The notes beneath the pieces were generated by a model. That model saw only the letters and a list, made by a program, of their open reading frames with translations. It did not search any database and was not told where the DNA came from. This document shows positions 49,769 through 63,184 of a DNA stretch of 64,000 nt, piece after piece. The DNA comes from Gekko japonicus (lineage: Eukaryota): contig NW_015163638.1 in the NCBI RefSeq assembly GCF_001447785.1, forward strand, positions 345,687 through 409,686, written 5' to 3'. Made by a program: the position numbers and the translations under genes. Every line of letters begins with the position of its first letter. Positions within the stretch are counted from its first letter, which is position 1.

Positions 49769-50212
49769 TGGGTGCCATACTATAGTAGCGTATTATATAA
49801 TATAGTTTTGGCTACTATACTGTGCCTGACTGAATATATTTTTTCTTTTTCTGCAAAAAGCATTCTGTCTCCACACCTCCATTCATAATATTAGTACACT
49901 TGCCTAATCTTCCTTGTTACTGTTTTTTTTTAAAAAAACTAAGAAGCTTAAAGTAAGAACAGAAACAGACTATTAAGATCCATTAGATGTAATCCTCCCA
50001 CTCAACCAGGATGAAGCACTATTTTGCTCTCCCTTTGCACTGTGGTTATTTTTAAAGTGCTACTGACAACAACATATTGCTGTCTGAGCCACTTTTTTGT
50101 GGGTGAAGAGCTGTTCTTTTTCTGAGCTTGCATGGAAGCGGTCATGCTATTAATTTCAACGATTGTCTTAATGATCCCCATAGAATTTCCCCATTTGTGT
50201 GAATGGCCCTTC

Positions 50213-50604
50213 CAGGGCTCTTTTTGTAGGAAAAGCCCAGCAGGAACTCATTAGCATAATAACCCACACCACACAGCAGACATTCATTAGCATATTAGGC
50301 CACACCCTTGGCAGCACAGCACATTAGCATATTAGGCCACACCCCCATGTTACCAGAAGTGTGGTCATCCAGCCACACCCACCTTTTGCTTCTTATTCTG
50401 TTTACCTTGTTNNNNNNNNNNNNNNNNNNNNNNNNNNNNNNNNNNNNNNNNNNNNNNNNNNNNNNNNNNNNNNNNNNNNNNNNNNNNNNNNNNNNNNNNN
50501 NNNNNNNNNNNNNNNNNNNNNNNNNNNNNNNNNNNNNNNNNNNNNNNNNNNNNNNNNNNNNNNNNNNNNNNNNNNNNNNNCATTCCTGCCCAAAAATAGC
50601 CCTG
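50213..50604. mobile_element. hAT MITE spanning assembly gap 50412-50580
   Basis: TIRs cagggctctttttg / caaaaatagccctg. Confidence 0.7.
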
Positions 50605-50889
50605 GCCCTTGCATCTTTTGTAGTGTGGCAGCACATCTTGTATTTGAGAAGCTGCTCTCGAAATGTTGTGGAGTTACTTTCTTTGTCCATAAAGTACATC
50701 TGGAAATGGGTAGCATACGGGCTTTTCAGGAAAGGTAGGTTGAGGTTTGTTCCAGGGTAACAGGAGCTTGGAAAGATCTGTGGGGGCTGCTGGTCAGAAT
50801 AATCTATGCACTGCTACATGGACCAATATATGGATCAAGGCAGTAGAAAGCAGCTTTCTGTGTTCATCCCCTTGCCAGTGTCAGGTCTA

Positions 50890-51812
50890 AGCTTGCTTTT
50901 CAGCCTAGGGTTATTATCCCTCAGGCGTTGTACAGCTGTAGCTTTCTGCTTCAGAGAGAGCTTTGCTTCCTATTGCCTTCAGCCCTGTAATGGCTTTTTC
51001 ACAGGACAACTTATAAAACCTCTGGGAGAGGTTGTCCAGAGATCTGGGCTGAGTTGCCACGAATATGTGAATGACACTCAGCTCTATCTTGCACTCAGCT
51101 CTATCTTGCACCTCCCAGGGAGGCTGTGGAAACTGTGAACAGGTGCCTGGGGGCAAATTTGAGATGGATGAGGGCAAACAAGCTGAAACTTAGTCCCGAC
51201 AAAATGGAGGTTCTACTGGTGGAGAGGTTCACCCAAGAATTGGGGTATCTCCTGGGTGGGTTTGTACTCCCCGTAAAGGAGCAGGTTTGTAGCTTGGGGG
51301 CGCTACTGGACCCAGGCCTCCTCTTGGATAAACAGATGACCAGGGTGCCTCCAGCCTTTCCTGAGAGGGAAAGACCTTACCACGCTGGTGCATACCCTGG
51401 AAACATCTAATTAGATTATAGAAATGCTCTCTATGTGAGGTTGTCCTTGAAGTCTGTCTGGAAACTAGAATCATAGAATTGGAAGGGGCCTCCAGGGTTA
51501 TCTAGTCCAACCTCCTGCACAATGTAGGAAATTCACAAATACCTCTTTCCCACACCCCCAGTGACCCCTGTTTGATGCCCAAAAGATGACCAAAACCCTC
51601 CAGGATCCCCGGTCTAACTGGCCTGGAGAAAAATTGCTTCCTACGGTTGGTAGAAACTGCTGCAGCCATAATATCGACTGGAGTGGGTTGTAGGGACTAT
51701 ATCACTCCAGTCTTGCCTCATCTATACTGGCTCCCAGTTTGCTTCTGGGTCCAAATCAAGATACTAGTATTCACCTTTAAAGATCTATATGGCTTGGGGC
51801 CACCATACCTTA
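50890..51812 (+). mobile_element. Degenerate L2 fragment with a CR1 3' piece inside (about 51467-51642, - strand); L2 resumes at 53978
   Basis: HEYVNDTQLYL, WMRANKLKLSPDKMEVL, ITPVLPHLYWLPVCFWVQIKILVFTFKDLYGLGPPYL. Confidence 0.8.
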
Positions 51813-51826
51813 AGGAAGCCTATTCT

Positions 51827-53963
51827 TTTTTTTCTTTTTTTTTTCGACAATTTTTTTATTGAAGTCTTGCAATTCATACAATTATTAAGGTAAGTCATAA
51901 CCACTTCAATTTTAACAGAAAATTAAAAGAATGGTTAGATTCACAATTAATACAGCATTTGTTATGAATATTTGAATAACTACTACTTTTCTAAGCTTGA
52001 AAACTTACTGTAAGCCATAGAGTGTTGGGATATGAGGGGTATAACCATGAATTCATGTAGCTTTAGAAAATTGAATTATCAAATAATAGTACATTCCTTA
52101 GTGAAAGTTTCATTTTGTTAAGGCGAGCGTTAACTGCACTATGCTGTGTCTTTATATCTTGACTAACTCAATATCTATCTTTTGTCTACCTTCAGAACCA
52201 TTTTGTGTATTCCTCCCAGGACGATGGTATAAATTTTTCCGCTTCCAAAAAGGTAAGTATAGGAAACCACTTTGCACTAAATTGTAAATCTGGCTGGTTT
52301 GTTCTGGCTGAATTGCATCTCCCGGTGATGCTTTCCATTATGTATTGGTCCCAGAGTTTTTGGAACCAATCCTGTATAGTGGGTGGGTTAGGATTTTTCC
52401 ATTTTGAGGCTATTGAGGTTCTTGCTGCGTAGAGCATTGTTTTGAGTATGCTTTTGTGGTGGTGTTGATCGATACTTTCTGGCCAGATATCCAACATTAA
52501 GTTTTCAGGAGTGCAGGTAAGATCTATGCCAAGGATTTGTTTGATTTTCTGCAGTATCTCCATCCAGAAAGGGCAAATGTGAGTACATAGCCACCAACAG
52601 TGTGCAAATGTTCCGATTTGACCACATCCTTTCCAACAGTATGGCGGATATTTTGGGGATATTCGTGCTAAGGTTTGAGGGGTTAGGTACCATCTTGCGT
52701 TTATTTTGAGTCTGTGGAAGTCTAGGGAATAGGATTTGGAGTCCACAATACTGGATTTCCAAATTCTGGTCCAAGTATTATCATCTAGTGTTGTTAGGCA
52801 ATCTTCTTGCCAAGGTTGTTGGTAGGAAAGTGAGGGAGTTTCAAAGGTATCTAGTAGCATTTTGTAAGTGTGGGATATCAGACCTCTGTTTTGATCATTA
52901 AACTGTTTAATAATAAACTCTAGCTTAGTAAGTGGTTGGGACATAGTATATCTAAGTTTATCTTGTGTTATAGCGTGTTGGATTTGTAGATAAGTGTACC
53001 ATGGAAGTTTGGATTTAAGTTTATTTTCCAGCATGGTTTTGGGATAGAGACCGTCCTTAGTTATGATGTCACAGAACCCAGCTTTAAAGCTAGGTCTGGT
53101 GACACAGTATTTTGGAACCATAGTTGAGAAGCAAGTGTGGTAAGTCTGGACATGCTGGGGAGCAGTTTTCTTTTAATCCTATTCCAGTATTGTATGGAAG
53201 GGTTTATGATTTTGTTTTGTTTGAGATGCAGATTAGGCTTGTTAGTGTTTCCCCAAACTAAAGTGTCCGTTGTCGGAACTCTAGAGATGTCTGCTGTCAG
53301 GCTTACCCAAGGAGGTAGGTTATGTGTTCTTTGCATTCTGATGATGTTAGTTATTAGGATCGCTTTGTAATAAGTAGAGAGGTCTGGGAGTCCATATCCT
53401 CCTCTAATTTTGGGCCGACGTAGGATTTGATGACCTATACGGGGTATGTAAATTAGTCCTGGTGAATTACCCTGGCATTCATTTAATATTCAAAGGGAAT
53501 CTTTTGATACACTTCAGTGGTCGAAGAAAATTTAGAAGACTCCTAGGGGTCTTTCTAATTGCATTTGGTTTTCCTTACTGGCTTACGTAATGCATTACAG
53601 TGCAATCCTAAAAAATACTTTCTTGGGTGTAAGAGAAGAAGAAGAGAAGAGATTGGATTTATGCCCTGCCCTTCACTACCCGAAAAAATAAAAATTTAGG
53701 TAAAATAAAAGCTTTAATTAGGTGAAATCTTTCCATCCAAGTAGATTCAGCTTTTCCCATTGTTGTATTTCTTTTAAGATCAATATGTGTGTTTTGTGAT
53801 AATTGTTCACTAGAAGTTTGTTGAGGTTTATTGGTACTTCAATACCTAGGTATCTAAATGATTCTGTGGTCATCGTAAATTTGTGAGTCTTCGTTAATGT
53901 GTCCATAACCGTTGGAGTTAAAAGAATTGGGATGATTTGTGATTTTGAGTCATTTATAGTGAG
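51827..53963 (-). mobile_element. L1-clade LINE inserted into L2
   Basis: 309-aa ORF2 C-terminus with CWKGCGQIGTFAHCWWLC; FRYLGI motif; poly-A tail; 14-bp TSD aggaagcctattct at 51813-51826 and 53964-53977. Confidence 0.92.
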
Positions 53964-54800
53964 AGGAAGCCTATTCTCATGTGAACCTACCTGTCCACTC
54001 TGGTCATCTTCAGAGGTTTTGCTTTGGGTGCCCTCAACACCTGAGGCTAGACAGGTGGCAACCCAGCAAAGCGTCTGATTCAGTATAAGGCAGCTTCATG
54101 TGTTCACAGTGGGAGAGGAAACATATTCTTTTCCATTTGTGATGTGTCTCTTCTCTTCTGTGTTACCTGCAAAAACAGTGTTCATTTGTGAACCCAGAGG
54201 AAACTGCTTTTCTTTTCAGCCAATACTGATAGGATGAGTACAGAATTTTGAAAGCTTGTTCATTTTATCCTATGGCCAAATAGGGTTGCCAAGTCCATCT
54301 TCCACCCCCAGCGGGGGACTTGGGTATCTTGCCATCAGATGTGAAGTTTGTTTTCCCTCTTTAAATGTGAGACATCATTTTGTGCTCCGGCTCCAAGTGT
54401 TACACTTTTGCATGATGCCTTTTAGCAGCTGCGTGTAGTTTTTCATTTAGACAGATTTGTCATCTCAGTAGTGAAATGCAGAACAACAATCCTAAGAACA
54501 ATTTCCTGGGGGTAAGCCCATTGAATAAAATGAGATAAAGTTCTAAGTAGACCTGCTTAGGATTGCTTCCTCTCCATTTATATAGAGTTTCCAGTGTTCA
54601 AAGCAGTTCATATATATCAATATAAATGTGTCAACAGTGGCAACAAATTAGGATAGGGTTAGGGGCATTTAGTGCATATCAGAGCAAAGGAGAGTCAACA
54701 AGGCATGAGATCAGAAAATGAGCTGTTTCTGTACCATACTTTTCAGGTTTTCATGAGCGCATTATTTACTTAGACTTGGCCCCCAAAAAAACCATATCAG

Positions 54801-55040
54801 ACAATGAAGACATTCTTATACCCATTGCCCACATGCAGGGCTCTTTTTGTAGCAGGAACTCCTTTGCATATTAGGCGACACACCCCTAATGTAGCCAATC
54901 CTCCAAGAGCTTACAGTAAGAGCTCTGTAAGCTCTTGGAGGATTGGCTACATTAGGGGTGTGTCGCCTAATATGCAAAGGAGTTCCTGCTACAAAAAGAG
55001 CCCTGCATGTGGGCAATGGGTATAAGAATGTCTTCATTGT
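54801..55040. repeat. Perfect inverted repeat (116-bp arms, 8-nt spacer) centred on a palindromic hAT MITE at 54836-55005
   Basis: Arms are exact reverse complements; ORF track shows mirror-image ORFs. Confidence 0.95.
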
Positions 55041-55185
55041 TTATTCAAAGGGAATCTTTTGATACACTTCAGTGGTCGAAGAAAATTTAGAAGACTCCTA
55101 GGGGTCTTTCTAATTGCATTTGGTTTTCCTTACTGGCTTACGTAATGCATTACAGTGCAATCCTAAAAAATACTTTCTTGGGTGT

Positions 55186-55465
55186 AAGAGAAGAAGAAGA
55201 GAAGAGATTGGATTTATACCCTGCCCTTCACTACCCGAAGGAGTCTCAGAGTGGCTTACAATCCCTTCCCCTCCTCACAACAGACACCCTGTGAGGTAGG
55301 TGCGACTGAGAGAGCTCCCCCGAGAACTGCCCTTGAGAGGACACCTGTGAGAGAACTTGTGACTGACCCAGGGTCGCACCAGCAGCTGCACATGGAGAAG
55401 TGGGGAATCAAACCCAGTTCTCCCAGATTAGAGTCTGCGCTCCTAACCACAACACCAAACTGGCT
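55186..55465 (-). mobile_element. Squam3-like SINE
   Basis: Same family as 9105-9372. Confidence 0.8.
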
Positions 55466-57569
55466 TTCAGGGAGACCAATCTGTCAGCTGGAGATCACAC
55501 ATAATTCTGGGAGAACTCCCGGCCTCCCCTGGAGGCTGGCAACCCAACTCAGGAATGTGGGGGGGGTGTTGTTGCTCCCACATGAAAGAGTATGCAGGAT
55601 TGCAGATTCAAGGAAGCAAGAGAGAGAGAAAATTCCTGGGAAGGGGGGCAACAAGCACATTCCTTTAGGAACAATACCATCAAGTTTCCCTCGCACAATG
55701 CTAGCCTTATTAAAACAGCTCGGCCGCTACCCTAGACTTTGAAACTCTGCGGTTGCCCACCAGAACCTCTGCCCTCCACGTAACCACTTACGTTAGAACG
55801 CCTGGGTTCCTCCGCTCATCGTACAGAAAGGACCCTAAAGTTTGGACTGGAGATTTGTGATTTTGAGTCATTTATAGTGAGAGGAAGCCTATTCTCATGT
55901 GAACCTACCTGTCCACTCTGGTCATCTTCAGAGGTTTTGCTTTGGGTGCCCTCAACACCTGAGGCTAGACAGGTGGCAACCCAGCAAAGCGTCTGATTCA
56001 GTATAAGGCAGCTTCATGTGTTCAAAGAGATCGTGCCACTTCTGTGTTTTAACCCACTTGCAGAATGCTCGTACAGCTGCATTAAACAGGAGCATAGTCA
56101 CATGATTAGTCTCCCTAATCTTTATTATGGTGAGTTTTAAAATACCGCTAGGGAAATTGTGACATATCTCAAGTGCCTTGACAATATGTGCTTTCTTTCC
56201 TGTGTGCTTTGCCATGAACTGTAATATGTTTTTCTGCATTAATGACATTATGTATTGGCACATTCGGAAACAAGTCTTTATCCGTCTGACAGGTTGTGGG
56301 TATCTTGCCATCAGATGTGAAGTTTGTTTTCCCTCTTTAAATGTGAGACATCATTTTGTGCTCCGGCTCCAAGTGTTACACTTTTGCATGATGCCTTTTA
56401 GCAGCTGCGGCCAAATCCACTGTAGGACCATGGATTACAAAGGGAATGGGAACACTAGACATGTGTTGTACCTAACAAAGGAGAATATAGGCCCCGTTCA
56501 CAAGGCGAATTTGCTGTGGGAGAGCCACCATTTATATAGAGTTTCCAGTGTTCAAAGCAGTTCATATATATTAATATAAATTTGTCAACAGTGGTAACAA
56601 ATTAGGATAGGGTTAGGGGCATTTAGTGCATATCAGAGCAAAGGAGAGTCAACAAGGCATGAGATCAGAAAATGAGCTGTTTCTGTACCATACTTTTCAG
56701 GTTTTCATGAGCGCATTATTTACTTAGACTTGGGCCCCCAAAAAACCATATCAAACAATGAAGACATTCTTATACCCATTGCCCACATGCAGGGCTCTTT
56801 TTGTAGCAGGAACACTGCCGACGCATCTGATCGCGTTGTCGCATGGCAAATTGCCACGCCTCCCTCCTGCGTTTTCCGGCCCATGTGACCGGGGCCATAG
56901 GAAAGTAATTAATGGAACAGGAAATAAACAAATCATTAAACAGACATATTTGGAAAAATTGCTTCTGTTTTTTTCCCTATTGAGGCAACTAGCAGCTTGG
57001 GCCTGAGGGGATTTCTTTCAAAGAAAGTGTGAGGTTGGGGCTAAGCCCTCCTTGCCGCAGTACCACAATTCTGATCCAAAGTGAAAACCCCTATGGCTGC
57101 TTTCAAATAAAATGAAAGATATTAAATCCAATCTAATCATGAATCTTTAGCATCTTGTCTCAACGTACCCCTTTAGGTAGATAATCTTCATATCTATGAA
57201 ATAGGGTATAAATGGGAGAAGTAAAAAGGCGAAGAAAAAACTATCAATTAACTCCCCCCCCCCATTTCACTGGGATGGAACAGACCAGTCACACAACAAA
57301 GCTTTCAGTTTTTTTGAGTCGTTGCTCTCATCCCTCATATTTTTGTCAGTTCCTGACCAGCTGAAGCGATGTAGTGAGGGTCACGATGTTAGAGGAGTGC
57401 ATGTTTTTCTACCTGATCACTTACATGGGGTAAAATACAACAGCAGAACAGTGGCCACTGGGCTGGAGCTCCATTTACCTAAAAGATCTTTCCCATCTTC
57501 CTGCCGCAGCTTCCTGTGCCCCATTCTCAAGCGGCTCCTGAGAATCAGTGGTTCCCTGAAAAGAGCATA

Positions 57570-58065
57570 AAGAAGAAGAAGAGATTGGATTTATACCCCG
57601 CCCTTCACTACCCGAAGGAGACTCAGAGCGGCTTACAATCTCCTTCCCTTTCCCCTCCCCACAACAGACACCCTGTGAGCCGTGTTCCTGCTAAGGTAAG
57701 TTAGTGTGAGCTAGCTCACAGTTTTTTGTCCTCTGGCTCACACTTTTTTGTCTCAGCTCAGGAAGGATGGCTCCACAGCAAACTAATTTATGCAAGAGCC
57801 AACTTGCTCGCTCGCAACTTTCACGCCAGTAGCTCACAAAGTAGAATTTTTGCTCACAAGACTCCACAGCTTAGAGGGAGCATTGCCTGTGAGGTAGGTG
57901 GGACTGAGAGAGCTCTTTCGAGAACCGCTCGTGAGAGAACAGCTCTGAAATAACTTGTGACTGACCCAAGGTCACACCAGCAGCTGCATGTGAAGGAGTG
58001 GGGAATCAAACCCAGTTCTCACAGATTAAAGTCCACACTCCTAACCACTATACCAAACTGGCTCT
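57570..58065 (-). mobile_element. Squam3-like SINE with nested hAT MITE at 57680-57885
   Basis: MITE flanked by perfect 8-bp TSD cctgtgag. Confidence 0.88.
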
Positions 58066-59844
58066 GGGGAGGATGCAGCTTGACAAGACTGTCCTCAGAA
58101 ATCACGCAGAAGCAGAAGTCTTTCTCCTTGTGCTAGGGTACTTTTGGATCCAACTGCCTATATAAAGTATTTAATTCTTACCATTAGATATGGTAAAGCT
58201 AGAAACTTTATATCTGCTTTATATTTATACCATTGTGTAGTGCTACCTTACTGTAATCTCCCTTATATATAAAAGCCGAATGGTGGTGGCACTTCTCTAG
58301 AACATTTCACACACTCCAGAATTGGTTGGCGCCCTGGTGTTTCACTCAGAATCTGTCCCTATCCACTGGCTGCATTGCTTGACTCTCGCCCCCAACATTC
58401 TAAACAGTTTGCTGTTCCTCTACCCCCCATAGCCAGTCAGAACACAGAGGTCATTTGCATATGCAGCCTCATTGGCCTTTGCCTCGGAACACAGATGTCG
58501 TTTGCATATGCGACTTGATTGGCTTTTGCCTCTAACATTCTAAACAGTTTGCTCTTCTGAGGTAAAATGTGTCCAATCTCCAGGTGAGGGCTGGAGATCA
58601 CTCAGAATTACAACTGCTTTCCAGATGGCAGAGATCAGTTCCCCAGGAGAAAATGGTACGCTCTGTATCCTTACATGCTGCTGAGGTGGCCCCCATATGA
58701 CAGCCAATGTGACGTAGCAGTCAGGGCTTCAGAGCACGGGAGAGGCTACAGGTGTGTGGGAGGTGGAAAGCTGAAGAGTGAGGGGGAAATAAAGGTAGGT
58801 TGATTATTGGCTGGGAAGGAGATAGGGTTGCTAACTCCAGGTTGGACAATTCCTGGAGAGCCTGGAGAGGGTGAGGTTTCAGGAGGCGTGGGATCTTGGA
58901 CAGGTACAAAGCCATAGACTCCACCCTCCAAACCAACTGTTCCCTTTTGGGGAACCATTGTTGCCAATCTCCAGGGTGAGGGCTGGAGATCACTCAAAAT
59001 TACAAACTCATATTTAGGTAGCAGAGATCAGTTTCTCTGGAGAAAATGGTGGACTCAGTGTTATTATACCCTGCTGAGGTCGCCACAGCAAATTGACACT
59101 GAGTGTCCAGAGCCTCTTTCTAGAGATCATTGCATTTATTTCCACAACGGGCCTTTTTCCTATTTTATAATATGGAGCTTTGGTTAATGAGGCCATGGAA
59201 GAGCTCATTGGAGAAACACCATCCATTGGAGGAAAAAGATTTATATTTATTCTTTTTTTGTAAATTCTGGAAAGCCACCATTTGATTTCTGACTAAAGAA
59301 TTTAGACAAAAATTTAAAAAGACAGTGCCAGGTTTTTATTTCCCATTACAAAGTCTGAGTTACAAATGGAGGCCTTGAGTTTAATCCTTATGCAAATTGA
59401 GGAGCAATCTGAGGTTAATAGCTGATTGCAATTCTTAATGACACAGACTGAAAAATCTTTTGTTCATTTATGTTTGGCTGTAGAGTAAGAGAAGGAGCCC
59501 TAGCAAGGATTGTAGTTGTTCAATCAGTGACACAAAAAGTTCATTCAGAAGCTGTGGCTCTGAATGATTATCCATTCAAAAATAAAACATGGAACAGAAG
59601 TGACTCATGCCTTCATGTCGGCAGACACAAATCTTTTTAAAGACCAGAGAACTAAAATAATAATAACAATAATCTTGCCGCTGTACAGCCGGTTGGGTGG
59701 AGAGGGTAATAATCTTCTACCAGACAACTGTAAAGCTGTAAATTTGCCCTCCTGTTTTGACCTGCCCATTATATTGTGGATTTAAGGCTGTTTCCATCTG
59801 CACAGACATTTTGCTCCACCTTGGCTTCTTTGCACCAGTGCTGG

Positions 59845-60457
59845 TTTTAAGAGCATCCATATGCCATTGTCCTCTTATTGTCCCAGTTCTGTATTTTCCC
59901 ATTCCTCTGCTTTGCTATGATCTTTATCAAACTTGGCTTGGTATGCTGTTTTTGAAAGATAAAATGGAGGAGAGTAGAATGATGTCCGCCACTCTGGGTT
60001 CCCACTGGGGTACAAATGAAATAAACAAAATGGATGTAAAAATCACAGCAAAAGCACCATTGGACATTGTGTGGAGGAGAAGGTGGGCACTTTTGTAGAT
60101 AGTGCTCACATCGCGCGTGCATCGCCGGAGAGCTCCCGGAGCCCGGCGAGGCTCCCCCACCGCCAAGGTATGTTGACTTGGCAACCCTATTTTAAGAGCA
60201 TCCATATGCCATTGTCCTCTTATTGTCCCGGTTCTGTGTTTTCCCATTCCTCTGCTTTGCTATGATCTTTATCAAACTTGGTTTGGTATGCTCTTTTTGA
60301 AAGATAAAATGGAGTAGAGTAGAATGATGTCCGTCACTCTGGGTTCCCACTGGGGTTCAAATGAAATAAACAAAATGGATTTAAAAACCACAGCAAAAGC
60401 ACCATTGGACATTGTGTGGAGGGGAAGGTGGGCACTTTTGTAGATAGTGCTCACATC
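59845..60457. repeat. ~267-bp direct duplication separated by a ~78-bp transposon-end fragment
   Basis: ttttaagagcatccatatgcc...gatagtgctcacatc at about 59845-60112 and 60190-60457. Confidence 0.9.
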
Positions 60458-61009
60458 AGCTATTTTCTTTGGTTCTTTCCGCATTTGCCTGCCACTCCAG
60501 ATTTTCTCAATGTTCGAGTCGAGGCAATTTAAGTCCACGGCAAAAAAGCATCCAAATAACCCAGGGCAACAGCAGGCTGAAACCAGGCTGGCCACCAAAG
60601 GGAGGTAATGTAATGCAGAATGAGGGGGAAACTGGAATTTAAAAAGAGTTGAGCTTGATCTTAGTGTAGAATGGAAAGAACCCTGGGTTAAAAAGAAGGT
60701 TGAATTCTATTTTAGTGCAGAATTGCTTGGAGGACACCACAGTGAACACGGATTAAAAGGAGAGTGCAGAAGGGGACTTTGCCACTCCCTCCATACCAGA
60801 GGGCTTCCCCCCAAGCTTTGTTGTTGTTGTTAAATCAGGAATTGTTAGATCACTGCTGCTGTGTGAAAGCAGTCAAAGTCAGGCCTACCAATATCTTTGG
60901 TTAAGCCCAAATTCAAGTGAGGGCATTATTTTAATATCATATTGAGTCTTAGAGATCTTTTAACAATTTAGGTGGTACACAGTGTAATAAGAAGTCATTG
61001 CATCTGAGA

Positions 61010-61232
61010 TAGGGTTGCCAGCCTCCAGGTGGGGCCTGGGGATCTTCCGCTTTTACAACTGATCTCCAGCTGACAGAGATCTGCTCCCCTGGAGAAAATG
61101 GCTGCTTTGGAGGGTGGATTCTATGGCACTGTACTATGCTGAGGCCCGGCCCCTCCCCTCCCCAAACCCCGCCCTCTCCCCACTCCACCCCCAAAGTCTC
61201 CAGGGATTTTCCAACCCCGACCTGGCACTGTC
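61010..61232. mobile_element. hAT-like MITE (TAGGGTTGCCA family); related fragments at about 58560-59080
   Basis: tagggttgcca...cctggcact ends; gatctccagctgacagagatc..ggagaaaatgg core. Confidence 0.7.
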
Positions 61233-62838
61233 ATAGGGTAGTGTTGAAAGCAGGGGGCAGTGTTGTGTAGTCACATGACTGCTGACTGACTAATAGCACT
61301 TAGTAGAGACTAATAATTCCAGCGATCCATCCTGTTTCCAGGTTCCAGCAGCCAATCAGCAACCTTGTACATTCATTTATTTTATTTTTTTTAACCTTGT
61401 ACATTTATGGCAACATTCGAGGTGTCCCTTTTCTGATGTACTACCAAGTGATGGGCGTGATGAGCCCATATGGTCCCCTCACTCTCCTCTCAGTCGGCTG
61501 GGGTGCTGACTTATTACTCTGGAATATGATAGCTTGATTTCATTAGGTGTATAATCTATGTGAAGACAGAAGTTGTTGTTCTTAATTGTCACATACACTA
61601 GTGGTAAAATTACCCTGACTTTTTTTAAAAAAGGAAACAGTTTAGCTAGCATGAAGCGATATATTAAAAAATGGCATCTCACTGTCATGTGCTAACAAAC
61701 ATATTATAGGCACCTCAGGAAAGAAGGCTGGAATAAATTGTGTGTGATAATAAAGGCCGCAGTTTCATGGGAGCAGGAGGATTACCTGAGAATCTCATTA
61801 TGACCTGCGATTGTGTGGTTTTTATTCACATTATTGGAATGCTACTTTACAGGAAGGCTACTATATGCTATTGTCTGAAGTGTCTTCCTGGAAAATTCTC
61901 CCTCGTGCCTTCTCTTTCAACAAGCTAAAAGAGTTTTTCAGCATTTTGCCAATAAAAAACTCCCCAGACTTTCAGAAACCCTCATCAGGAACTCCTTATC
62001 CAGCACATGTTTGTGGTAATATGACCCAAAGGACTTCCTTATCCAACACCGTTGTGGTAACATGAAGACACATCAATTTGTTGTAGATGGAAGTTTAGGT
62101 TCAAAAGTGACTCCAAAAACTATGGGAAAACTTGAGTTGTCCATCTGGAAAGTATCCAGAACTTAAACCTTTCTAGCGGTTATTTCTGTTCTTTTTGTTC
62201 CTACTCTAACAGATGGTATCTCACTGCCTGTCATAACTGTGAAAAATAATTAAAAGTACACAATGTGGATGAGGGGGAAACTCTACCCATGGAGCTGAGG
62301 AATTCCATAAAAAAGCTGAAGCCCACAATCTAGGCAAAAGCAAAAGCATCCTCCACCAAATCTCCCAGAAACTACAGATCAGTTTTTGTAACTAAAAAGA
62401 AAAAAATCTCCCTTTAGTCATCAGGTTTTGTAGTATGTAAGGTATAAAGTACTGAGACTGATGCATGGAGTAGTGATTTTAGCTCATACTTTATTAGTAC
62501 ATCAGAGAACTTGAGATAACTAGTGTGGCCCATGGCCCGCTTATATTCCCATTCAAAACACACCCAACACACACACACACACACGTGATTGGATTATTTA
62601 CACACAACTCCCCCTACTGGTTCCCTATTAGGATCCGAGCTGACCGAAAGGTGAGTTCTCGGATCCGTGGCTGTTATTGTCCTTGTGGTGCGAAGCTCGG
62701 CACGTTGCTGTGGCCACGTGCGAGTCCGACCACGTGCGTGTAGTTTTATCATGGTACACAACGTGAGGTAAGGTCTGTGGTTCCCACCCTTGCGACAATC
62801 AGGCTGACAAATGGATTCTCTATTCCTGTGCATGTGAT

Positions 62839-63140
62839 CAGGGGTCATTTCCTGCAGGAGCGCACAGGAGCGGAGCTCTGACAGTAAAAAGCCCAGGGGG
62901 CGGGCACATGCAACAAGCCCCGCCCCCTGCTCCCAGCAGCCCAGGCCATGAGTACCACGAGGATCTGCGCGTCCCCCCCCCCCATAGCTAGCAATCCAAA
63001 ACAGTCCAGTGGAGCCTGAGCAGTGGGTGTTGCCTTCTGACACACTTCCGGTGATGTCAGGGGGTGTGGCATATGCAAATAAATTATGCTGAGTTATGCT
63101 AATGAGCCCCTGCACCTCTTTTTCTATGAAATGACCCCTG
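62839..63140 (+). mobile_element. hAT non-autonomous element
   Basis: TIRs caggggtcatttc / gaaatgacccctg; perfect 8-bp TSD catgtgat. Confidence 0.92.
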
Positions 63141-63184
63141 CATGTGATACCCTTTTCACATTAAGACTGCAGTACACACTAAGA

